Below are positions 24,715-32,723 of a stretch of 32,806 nt of DNA, piece by piece. Where the stretch lies: the IMG/VR virus record IMGVR_UViG_3300045988_044216, positions 1 to 32,806 of that record. One strand, given 5' to 3'. Made by a program: the position numbers and the translations under genes. Below the pieces are notes generated by a model. That model saw only the letters and a list, made by a program, of their open reading frames with translations, made no database searches and was not told the origin of the DNA. Source of the DNA: a virus. How positions within the stretch are numbered: position 1 is the first letter of the stretch; every line of letters begins with the position of its first letter.

Positions 24715-26325
24715 ATGGATGTAAATATTAGAATAAACGGGGTCAAGTTAGACGGCGTATCGGCAGGAGCGGTTAAATTGAACATTAACAATCCTGATCC
24801 GTTCTCGTTCTCCGACCCTACCGTCAGTTATACAGGCAGTATCGAAGTGCCGCGCTCGCAGGTCAATGACCGCGTGTTCCGCGCTGACAGATGGCCTTGG
24901 ATGTTCACACGTACCGCGCCATATACTGCCGAACTGGATTTCGGAGGGCTTTCTGCACCGCGAGGAACAAACGCCTACCGGGCGCAGGTAACGGTTAACC
25001 CGGACAGCTATTCAGTCACGTTGGTTGAGAGTGTTACAAAGCTGTCAAGTATCCAAGGTGGCGTTATCGCCAAACCCTATAATAACAATGAGGACACGCT
25101 TCTATACTGGGCAAACATGTATGATAACTCATTGGCGTACGCTTATAATAGTCAATTGACGCGTCCGTCGCTGTTCAATTTCGGAGACGTGTTTGTTTAC
25201 CCGGGTTATGCAGCCGAGAAAAAAGAAACAAAAGCAGGTGACCTTGTAGGCTCAGTTAGTCAGTGCGCCTATCGTACTGGTCATGACTACTTACTTGGTG
25301 CTCGTTACCCGACTACAGACATGATTGTGCTTGATAACACAGTGGCTTGTGCTTTGGAGCGCATGACGGGTTCAACCTTTACGTTGACATTCACACAGGA
25401 TTGCTTCGTATGGCTACCCGCGTCTAACGCGCCTACGGTGTACCTCGGCAGTAACCGTTCTTCAGGAAGCATCGCCATGACACGCGACACGTCAGTTATC
25501 GTTAATGCCAATTACAAGCATAAGATTGCTGCCGGATCAAGTCTGGTTATTCAGCCTGTAGCCAATAATAGCACGCTGTTCCACATACGAACGACTACAG
25601 CCGCATCATCAACCAAGTTGACACCCGCAACGAACGTGCCGACTGGTGAGGGTTACTATTTCAGTTTCGAGATAACCGCAGTTGGGGCCGAGGCATACAG
25701 TAAGCAGTTAGCATCCGATACAGGTTTCAGTAGTGCCTATGAGCTTGTACAGGCATATTGTAAGGCGTTTTTCTGGACTTATGATTTCAGATCGTCCCCG
25801 TTCAATATCGAACTTAAGCCCTACATAAACACCTCTACCATAAGCCAATACCGCCAAAACTGGACTGGTAAAATAGATATGACGTCTGTAAAGATAAGCG
25901 AGCCGTCTGGGATAGCAAGGACTTATAAGAACACCGCAGGCGAGGCTATGTGTATAGTTGATGGCTCGGTAAGAGCTATGCAATCACAAGGCACAGGGGC
26001 GGAAAGTTCTATGCCTGTCTCGTTTGGCGATCCACCGTTCGCGACTATGTACCACTACACACGAGGGGCGGCAGTTAAGAACTCATTCTACATAAGCGCA
26101 TCGGGCTATCGTGCAAGGGCAGAAGCTCACTACAAATGGTTTACACCCGGATGGCAGGTGAGCGCAAAGATGAGACTATCATATTTCGATATCCTGAATA
26201 TGACGTCTGACGGTCTTTATTTCGTGGGAGAATTGAACAGTTGGTTTTATCTTCGTGCGATCCAGAATTGGAACGCCGCCGATTCAACCGCAACATGTAC
26301 ATTAATAGCAGTTAATAATTCATAA
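24715..26325 (+). CDS. Virion structural protein (536 aa; candidate tail tip/receptor-binding component)
   Basis: Large beta-rich ORF adjacent to the tape-measure-like gene. No diagnostic motif. Confidence 0.6.
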   Translation: MDVNIRINGVKLDGVSAGAVKLNINNPDPFSFSDPTVSYTGSIEVPRSQVNDRVFRADRWPWMFTRTAPYTAELDFGGLSAPRGTNAYRAQVTVNPDSYSVTLVESVTKLSSIQGGVIAKPYNNNEDTLLYWANMYDNSLAYAYNSQLTRPSLFNFGDVFVYPGYAAEKKETKAGDLVGSVSQCAYRTGHDYLLGARYPTTDMIVLDNTVACALERMTGSTFTLTFTQDCFVWLPASNAPTVYLGSNRSSGSIAMTRDTSVIVNANYKHKIAAGSSLVIQPVANNSTLFHIRTTTAASSTKLTPATNVPTGEGYYFSFEITAVGAEAYSKQLASDTGFSSAYELVQAYCKAFFWTYDFRSSPFNIELKPYINTSTISQYRQNWTGKIDMTSVKISEPSGIARTYKNTAGEAMCIVDGSVRAMQSQGTGAESSMPVSFGDPPFATMYHYTRGAAVKNSFYISASGYRARAEAHYKWFTPGWQVSAKMRLSYFDILNMTSDGLYFVGELNSWFYLRAIQNWNAADSTATCTLIAVNNS

Positions 26326-26326
26326 T

Positions 26327-28831
26327 ATGGCAGACCAAGTTACATTATTAGACCTATCGTTCGATACTTCGGGCGCGTTGGACGGTCTGGATGCACTTAT
26401 CGAAAAATCGTTAGAACTGGCTGAGCAAAAGAAGCAGTTGAGCGCGGCTCTAAAAGACGAGCAAGCACAGGTCAACGCTGCCGCAAAGGCATACAAGGCG
26501 GGTTCTATATCGCAGGAAGAGTATCGAAAGATAGTTTCCAACTCGACTAAAGCTCAGACAGACCTAACCAAGCAGATGATAGAGACTAACAAGTCTATAT
26601 CGGACAACAACTCGGAGATCAAGGTCAACACTACCTTGCTGACAAGTCAAGAAACGAGCGTTAACGCGCTTCGTGCCCAACTTGCAAAGAATACTAAAGA
26701 GTTGAACGCCATGAGCGCGGCAACGCGTAACAATACCGCCGAGGGACAGAAGCTCGTTACTGAGACAAAGGAAATCTCCGACAAATTAAAGGAGATGGAA
26801 AAAGCTGCAGGCGACACGAGACGAAACGTAGGTAACTATGCGGAAAGCGTGCAGGAAGCCCTGTCCAGTACCAAAGGTCTATCGGGTGCAACGGGTACGT
26901 TGGCGTCCAGTATGTCCGGCGCGGTAGGCTCAGTTAAGGCTTTTACCACCGCGTTGATGGCTAACCCTATCGTTGCTATAGTAGGACTTGTGTTAACGCT
27001 CATATCGACTATCGAAAAGCTGATGAAGCGCAACACGGAGATGGCAACTAACTTGAAAGCAGCGTTCGCACCGTTCGAGGTTATCTTTTCCCGCATATTG
27101 GATGGCATAACCGACCTTTTGAATGGTGTCGCAAAGGCGATTGACTGGGTATCAACTAAAGTAGTGTCCCTGTTATCATCCATCGGGCTTATATCGGAAG
27201 AGACAGCAAAGGCCGCTAACGCGGCAAAAGAGTTGACGAAGCAAGAGCAGGCCATATATGAGGCGCAAACCGATTCGATAGTCACTTTGTCCGAGATGTC
27301 TCGCGAGTTAGCGAACCAAAAGACTATTATCGCAGACCAAACAAAGTCGGTTAAGGAACGAAATGCCGCCGCTAACCAAGGGTTGTCGGTTTTGAAGCAG
27401 ATGCAGAACATTGAGGTTGGAATCCTGCAACAGCAGTATGCACAGATAAAAGCTCAAAACGAGTTAAGCTATACAAGCGCGGAAGACAGGCGCAAAGAAA
27501 TGGAAGCTCTTGCAGCGTTGAACGCCAAAAAGGCTGAGTATGCAGATAAAGAAAGAGAACTTATATCGCAAAGAAGCTCGTTTGAAAACCAAGAGATAGC
27601 TAAAAACTCAGCCGCAGCACAGGCTGCAGAACTTGCAAAAGCTAATGCCGCTATCAAAGCCTCACAGGATGCCGAGAAAGCCAAACGCGAGATGCAAGCC
27701 GAGACTATCAAGCAGATGGAGGTAGCTTTAACCACGCTTGACCTGTCAATCAAGGAACGCGAGCTAAACAGCAACACGGCGGCTGAGAAGCTAAAGAACC
27801 AAGAAGAGTATAACGCCGAAAGCCTCCGTTTGGAACAATACCGTTTGGAACAGGGTTTGATAACCCAACAGGAATACGATAACAAAGCAACCCAACTGAG
27901 ACTGCAAGAGTTACAAACTCGGCAGCAATTAGAGGCTGAGCAGGAGAAGTTGAACCAAGAACGCATAGCGATGGACGAAGCCAACCGTAAAGAGTTGGAA
28001 ATGTCTAACACGGCGAACGAGTTCGAGATGAGACAAGCGCAGTTAGATGCTCAGTACCAGCAAGAGTTAGCCGCAGCCGAGAAGATAGGTGCTGATACTA
28101 CGCTCGTTCAGCAGAAGTATGAGAAATCTAAAGAAGACCTCACCAAAGCGCGCGTTAACTCAGAGTTGACAATGACGGCAGGTCTGGCAGGTCAGATGTC
28201 TGACCTACTCGGCGAAGAGAGTGCCGCAGGTAAAGCGTTTGGCGTGGTGCAAGCTACCATCAACACGTATCTTGGTGCGACCAAGGCGTTGGCGCAGGGC
28301 GGTATCCTCGGTATAGCACAGGCAGCTATAGTTATTGCGTTCGGTATGAAACAAGTAATGTCAATCGCCAAGCAGAAAGAACCCGATACGAAGATCAGCA
28401 CCAGCGTTAAGAAGTATGCAAAAGGAGGACAGATTTACGGTAAATCGCATGCGCAGGGCGGTGTAACGTTCCGAGGTGATAACGGTCAGGTATTTGAGGC
28501 TGAGGGCGGTGAGAATGTTTACATTATGAAGAAAACCGCGAGTGCCGAGATTAATGCTCTGTCGGCTCTGAACGAGGCGCACGGGGGCAATTCCTTTGCA
28601 ACGTCCGGTCTGTACAAGTTTGCCGATGGCGGTATGGTAGCGAGCATCTCGGAAGCTAACCGGGTAGTCCGTCAGATGGATAACGTCAGGTTATCTAACG
28701 AGACTATAAACCAGTTGGCGGGTGTCGTTATCGGTGCGGTATCCAGTATGCCTAACCCGGTAGTAGCCGTACAGGATATAAACACAGGGCAACATGACGT
28801 TGCGGTAGTGCAGGATTTATCGAGATATTAA
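26327..28831 (+). CDS. Tape-measure-like protein (834 aa)
   Basis: Long Ala/Glu/Gln/Lys coiled-coil stretches interrupted by hydrophobic segments (ANPIVAIVGLVLTLISTI, GGILGIAQAAIVIAFGM). Gly-rich C-terminal region (KGGQIYGKSHAQGGV, FADGGMV). Confidence 0.65.
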   Translation: MADQVTLLDLSFDTSGALDGLDALIEKSLELAEQKKQLSAALKDEQAQVNAAAKAYKAGSISQEEYRKIVSNSTKAQTDLTKQMIETNKSISDNNSEIKVNTTLLTSQETSVNALRAQLAKNTKELNAMSAATRNNTAEGQKLVTETKEISDKLKEMEKAAGDTRRNVGNYAESVQEALSSTKGLSGATGTLASSMSGAVGSVKAFTTALMANPIVAIVGLVLTLISTIEKLMKRNTEMATNLKAAFAPFEVIFSRILDGITDLLNGVAKAIDWVSTKVVSLLSSIGLISEETAKAANAAKELTKQEQAIYEAQTDSIVTLSEMSRELANQKTIIADQTKSVKERNAAANQGLSVLKQMQNIEVGILQQQYAQIKAQNELSYTSAEDRRKEMEALAALNAKKAEYADKERELISQRSSFENQEIAKNSAAAQAAELAKANAAIKASQDAEKAKREMQAETIKQMEVALTTLDLSIKERELNSNTAAEKLKNQEEYNAESLRLEQYRLEQGLITQQEYDNKATQLRLQELQTRQQLEAEQEKLNQERIAMDEANRKELEMSNTANEFEMRQAQLDAQYQQELAAAEKIGADTTLVQQKYEKSKEDLTKARVNSELTMTAGLAGQMSDLLGEESAAGKAFGVVQATINTYLGATKALAQGGILGIAQAAIVIAFGMKQVMSIAKQKEPDTKISTSVKKYAKGGQIYGKSHAQGGVTFRGDNGQVFEAEGGENVYIMKKTASAEINALSALNEAHGGNSFATSGLYKFADGGMVASISEANRVVRQMDNVRLSNETINQLAGVVIGAVSSMPNPVVAVQDINTGQHDVAVVQDLSRY

Positions 28832-28874
28832 TTTAATAAACTCATGCTGAGATGGTAGTTATAAAACAACTATT

Positions 28875-28882
28875 TATCTTTG
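28875..28882 (+). promoter_or_regulatory. Candidate -7 box TATCTTTG for the head genes
   Basis: TAnnTTTG match 27 nt before ATG 28909. It lies inside a 9-bp inverted repeat, AACTCATGC (28839-28847) and GCATGAGTT (28882-28890). Confidence 0.5.
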
Positions 28883-28908
28883 CATGAGTTACAACAAAGC
28901 AATCCAAT

Positions 28909-29895
28909 ATGATATTTGAAAAACTGAGAATTATTGAAGCCGGACAGACCGCCAACTTTGGCGAGTGGGATGGCGCAACCTACCCGTTGGTTATCACTGA
29001 CGCGGCGGTTCGTAGTGTTGTAGCTTTGGGGAATGCCAAACCTGTTCATTGCAGACGTACGCACAATGGTACTGACATGCTGGACGGTTATTTAGGGAGA
29101 TTCACTAACTTTGTTTACGAGGACGGTGTAGCCTACGCGGATTTCGAGTTGTCCGAGGCACTGGAAACGGCATACCCGCAGGAAGCAAAGTTTATCGAAA
29201 CCATGATAATAAAAGAACCTGATATGCTCGGTGTATCCGTCATGGGAGCTGATGAGAGAGAATTAAACGGTGAAAGCATAGACGTTACCAACTTCGCTGA
29301 GTTATATTCGTGCGATATTGTAGGTCTACCAGCCGCAACTACAAGTCTATATAGTAATAATCAAAAAGAAAAAACAATGAACAAATTTTTCAGTGCTTTT
29401 GCTTCTATGCTAAAGAAGAGCAGCTACGCCACGGAAACCGTTGAAACGGTATCAGGAGACAAGATCACAATTGAGGCTGAGGGCGAAGTTATGGCAATCG
29501 GTGACAAGGTTTTTGACGACGCAGGTAACCCGCATCCAGATGGTGAGGTTCGTATCAAGGTCGGTGAGTCAATTCTTGTACTTCGCATCGAAGACGGGCG
29601 TATTGCCGAGGTGAAACCGTCAGAAGATCCGCGCGATGAACAAGAGGACGAAATCAGAGACGAACGCGAAATTGGCCGCGAGACATCCCGTGTACCCGAT
29701 GAGTTTGCAGCCCGTTTTGAGAAAATGGAACGCAGCCTGTTCGTAATGAGTAAAACCTTGGAAAGCATGAACGCAGCGTTCAGCAAGGTAACTCCGAAAC
29801 CTAATACTCCGACTGGCGGGATGCCTACTAACGGCAAAACGAAGTTGAGTAAAGAAGCTGTGGCCGAAGCGGCAAAGAAGTTCTACAATCGCTAA
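28909..29895 (+). CDS. Prohead protease (HK97 S78/U35-like) fused to a scaffold-like C-terminal half
   Basis: The N-terminal half has HCRRTHNGTDMLDGYLGRF ... GVAYADFEL ... MLGVSVMG, a His and Ser arrangement typical of HK97-type proteases. The C-terminal ~150 aa is acidic and helical (DPRDEQEDEIRDEREIGRE). Directly upstream of the capsid gene. Confidence 0.65.
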   Translation: MIFEKLRIIEAGQTANFGEWDGATYPLVITDAAVRSVVALGNAKPVHCRRTHNGTDMLDGYLGRFTNFVYEDGVAYADFELSEALETAYPQEAKFIETMIIKEPDMLGVSVMGADERELNGESIDVTNFAELYSCDIVGLPAATTSLYSNNQKEKTMNKFFSAFASMLKKSSYATETVETVSGDKITIEAEGEVMAIGDKVFDDAGNPHPDGEVRIKVGESILVLRIEDGRIAEVKPSEDPRDEQEDEIRDEREIGRETSRVPDEFAARFEKMERSLFVMSKTLESMNAAFSKVTPKPNTPTGGMPTNGKTKLSKEAVAEAAKKFYNR

Positions 29896-29916
29896 CCTTT
29901 AAAAGAAAAAGAAATT

Positions 29917-30861
29917 ATGGCTTTTACATTTACAGATTTAAACAAACTTAACCTTAACTCACTGAGTGAGGTTATATCGCTCACCGTAGGTTTGGCAGGA
30001 GAACTTGCTAACGGCTTAACGGTTCTTAACGGTATCGCTAACAACACACCTGTTGTATCTCTTACTGCTGCTGACAAGGCATTGCGCAAATCCGCAGGTT
30101 GTAACGGTACTTACTTCTACGACGCTATCAGCGACAAAACGAAGTATTACACACACGCACCTATCGAACTGCCTATCGAAATCTGTTTGCAATCGTTGTG
30201 GGGAAAGATGGTAGCCAAGGGCATCAACTTGGACGACAATTTCTCTGAAACAGAATTGGCGGGATTCATTCAATCCGAGGTATTAAAAGTTTTAGAAGCC
30301 GATTTGCTTCGTTTGGCTTGGTTGGATGGCGACGTTACCGCGGAAGCTACGGGTTACGGTATCTTTACTTTAGGTGGTTTCATCAAACAGTTCGATGATT
30401 CTACACAGACCGCAGGTGCGTTGACACTCACCACCGAGGGCGTTCTTGCTGCATTGCGTGCTTGTGTTGACGGACAAAGACCAGACGAGTTAGACAATAG
30501 CGAGTTCTTCGTATCATCCAACGTTATGCGTCTTTACAAGAACCTGTTGGAAGACAAAGGAAACAGCGTTGCACAGAGCTTCTTGGTTGACGGTAGACCT
30601 CAATACTTCTTTGAGGGGTATAAAGTTACTGAACTTCGCCACGTGTCTAACGCAGCGTTAACCGATGGTAATAACACAGCGTTTATCGCGTTTACGCCGA
30701 AAACTAACCTCCATCTGGCAATGGAAAGTTCAGCAGTTTCAATCGCTCCGTTCGTGCAAGATGCGAAGAGCAGAAACTACTACTCTCAGACTTTGTTCGC
30801 AGCGAGTGCCATGCTGGTAGCTCCGGAAAAGATGCAGTTGTATCTTACGGCTCGCGCATAA
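29917..30861 (+). CDS. Major capsid protein
   Basis: 314 aa ORF immediately after the protease-scaffold gene and followed by the strongest terminator in the genome. Called on position and size; no delta domain is evident. Confidence 0.7.
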   Translation: MAFTFTDLNKLNLNSLSEVISLTVGLAGELANGLTVLNGIANNTPVVSLTAADKALRKSAGCNGTYFYDAISDKTKYYTHAPIELPIEICLQSLWGKMVAKGINLDDNFSETELAGFIQSEVLKVLEADLLRLAWLDGDVTAEATGYGIFTLGGFIKQFDDSTQTAGALTLTTEGVLAALRACVDGQRPDELDNSEFFVSSNVMRLYKNLLEDKGNSVAQSFLVDGRPQYFFEGYKVTELRHVSNAALTDGNNTAFIAFTPKTNLHLAMESSAVSIAPFVQDAKSRNYYSQTLFAASAMLVAPEKMQLYLTARA

Positions 30862-30883
30862 GCGAAACTAATATTCACTAACA

Positions 30884-30917
30884 AAAGGGTTTGGGACTAA
30901 AAACCCAAACCCTTTTT
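30884..30917 (+). terminator. Rho-independent terminator after the capsid gene
   Basis: A 12-bp stem, AAAGGGTTTGGG (30884-30895) paired with CCCAAACCCTTT (30904-30915), followed by T residues. Confidence 0.85.
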
Positions 30918-30930
30918 AATTAATAATATT

Positions 30931-31461
30931 ATGGCAAAAAATTGTTTAAATAAACTTGGTACTAATGTAACTATGTCATGTAGCATGCCTATTAATGGCG
31001 TGAAAAACATCTATCTGATGCACGTCGAAGACGTTACGGTTTCGCTATCATCTGTTGGGTCGTGGACTGCCGTGAATTTCGCTACTGGAGCTAAAAGTTA
31101 TAAAGTCGAAGGGTATAAGCAAAACATTCAAGTAACCACAGCTATTAGAAGTTTAGACGCTTCTAATAAATTAGACATATCTGTCATGTTCAAGCTACCG
31201 TCCTCGGCCAAAGGTGCTGATTTTAATATTGTTGCTCCCGTTCTGACCCGAAAATTTTATGTACTTGTGGAGAATAATGATTTAACATACTTTGTAGCTG
31301 GGGCAACCTGCCCCTTAGAATGTTCGGGCTTAGACTGGGACAGCAATGCTAACGGACAGATGATAACATGTACCTTAACCGCACCCGAGGGGTCTGCGGG
31401 TAACTACTTTACAATTATAACACCAGAGGCTCGTAATACAATAATCTCAAAAGCATCTTAA
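30931..31461 (+). CDS. Structural protein, paralog 1 of 3 (176 aa; candidate major tail/tube or decoration protein)
   Basis: Shares with paralog 2 an N-terminal Cys context (MAKNCLNKL vs MACISKL), GAKSYKVE vs GAKAYKID, and a C-terminal block TYFVAGATCPLEC vs TFRVYGLYYGLSS. Confidence 0.65.
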   Translation: MAKNCLNKLGTNVTMSCSMPINGVKNIYLMHVEDVTVSLSSVGSWTAVNFATGAKSYKVEGYKQNIQVTTAIRSLDASNKLDISVMFKLPSSAKGADFNIVAPVLTRKFYVLVENNDLTYFVAGATCPLECSGLDWDSNANGQMITCTLTAPEGSAGNYFTIITPEARNTIISKAS

Positions 31462-31463
31462 AT

Positions 31464-32006
31464 ATGGCATGTATATCAAAATTATCAGCCGGGTTCGCAT
31501 ATGATTGCGACACTGGCTCAACAGGAATAGAAAATGCATTTATCGTCAACAAAGAGGATATTGTATCATTTACGGTTGACCCTACAGCAACAGTTATTGT
31601 CAACGCGGTTACATTAGCAGCAGGAGCAAAAGCCTATAAGATAGATACACCTAAAAGAACTTTAGTAGTTACGGAAAGCCTAAAAACAAATGAGGGCGCG
31701 CCTAACGCTTTGAGTTTTTCAGCAGCTATTACACTTACAGCGGTAAATTCTTATGTTTTTCGTATGAATGTTTTACAGTCATTACCTAATGGGTCTTATG
31801 TATTATTCACAAAAGAAGCCAGTAACACGTTCAGAGTGTACGGGTTATATTACGGATTGTCATCTACTGCCTACGACCGTAATACGCATGATAACGGAAA
31901 TTGGACTACCGTAACATTAGCCACACCAGAACAGGTTATCGGTGAAGACAGTTTGCAGGTTCAACAAAGTACGTATAACGCGTTGTATGATGCAGCAGTT
32001 TACTAA
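31464..32006 (+). CDS. Structural protein, paralog 2 of 3 (180 aa)
   Basis: See paralog 1. Starts 3 nt after the stop of paralog 1. Confidence 0.65.
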   Translation: MACISKLSAGFAYDCDTGSTGIENAFIVNKEDIVSFTVDPTATVIVNAVTLAAGAKAYKIDTPKRTLVVTESLKTNEGAPNALSFSAAITLTAVNSYVFRMNVLQSLPNGSYVLFTKEASNTFRVYGLYYGLSSTAYDRNTHDNGNWTTVTLATPEQVIGEDSLQVQQSTYNALYDAAVY

Positions 32007-32028
32007 TTAATGAAAGGAGACAATTAGT

Positions 32029-32589
32029 ATGGCATGTATTAAATATGTAAGTGGAGATAGACGGATACCTTGCGGTGTACCAAACCCAGGTCCTTTGAAT
32101 TCCCCAAAAGGTGCTAAAGTCATTAATGAAGCACAAATACTGAGTTATTCCATAGTAGGCAATTATGCAACGATAACGCGGAATACAGGCGCGGTCGCTG
32201 CCGCAGACTTGGAAACTGCAAATAACTCATTGGTGGTTAATGTAGCTCTGAAAGGTGGCGAGATGTATCCGCAACTTTGGGATGTGTCTATAGAGTTTTC
32301 CTTTTTTTATGGGAGCCCGGTATCTGATCATGTAGGCGCGGCTGAAGGCTCGGGCGCAAATTCCCGTTGTATTTTTGCTGTAGACCACGGAAACGGTCAA
32401 TATCGCGTATATGGTCTTGGTAACCCGTTAGATTGCTTATCCTGTGAGGGAGCAAGTACCGGAAACGGATACATACGAACAACGTTCGGTGTAGAAGACT
32501 GGCAAACGGGTACTACTATCTATGCGCTTGATAAAGCTTCTTATGATGCTCTATCAACAGTAGCAGGGGGGGGTGACGCCGAAACCTGA
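32029..32589 (+). CDS. Structural protein, paralog 3 of 3 (186 aa)
   Basis: MACIKYV N-terminus, and QYRVYGLGNPLDC aligns with the FRVYGLYYGL block of paralog 2. It is the only gene here with an SD-like AAAGGAGA upstream. Ends just after a G8 tract. Confidence 0.65.
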   Translation: MACIKYVSGDRRIPCGVPNPGPLNSPKGAKVINEAQILSYSIVGNYATITRNTGAVAAADLETANNSLVVNVALKGGEMYPQLWDVSIEFSFFYGSPVSDHVGAAEGSGANSRCIFAVDHGNGQYRVYGLGNPLDCLSCEGASTGNGYIRTTFGVEDWQTGTTIYALDKASYDALSTVAGGGDAET

Positions 32590-32701
32590 TCCAGATACAC
32601 CATCTGGTGGTGGTTCAACCCATAAAGAATGCGACGGGTCAGGGATTTTATCAGATGGGACGAAGTGCCCCGGCTGCATAATGTGCGACCCATTAGGTTA
32701 A
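32564..32701 (+). other. +1-frame open extension encoding a Cys-rich ~44-aa peptide (possible frameshift product or a GTG-started mini-ORF from 32573)
   Basis: The +1 frame opens right after TAG 32561-63 and runs to TAA 32699-701. It translates as GGVTPKPDPDTPSGGGSTHKECDGSGILSDGTKCPGCIMCDPLG. The only in-frame ATG is codon 32681-32683, six codons before the stop, so no ATG could start this peptide. Confidence 0.45.
32566..32573 (+). repeat. G8 homopolymer
   Basis: Eight consecutive G residues, counted directly. They lie in the 23-nt window where the 0 frame and the +1 frame are both open. Confidence 0.95.
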
Positions 32702-32723
32702 TAATCTTATAAACAACTTTATA

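Noticed and set aside
23733-26325. Diversity-generating retroelement or hypervariable receptor-binding cassette in the tail genes
   Set aside because: The genome has no reverse transcriptase ORF, and I saw no template/variable repeat pair in or near these genes.
27469-28011. Minus-strand 180-aa ORF, and similar ones at 26836..27411, 2767..3270, 11280..11765 and 20216..20746
   Set aside because: All lie entirely inside long + strand genes with recognisable motifs or composition. The Ser/Ala/Cys-rich products are what the antisense of Ala/Glu/Lys-rich coding sequence gives.
32008-32028. The SD-like AAAGGAGA 9 nt upstream of ATG 32029 as evidence against a Bacteroidota host
   Set aside because: It is the only such case I saw. 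Every other gene start lacks an SD and many have TAnnTTTG boxes, so one occurrence is compatible with chance.
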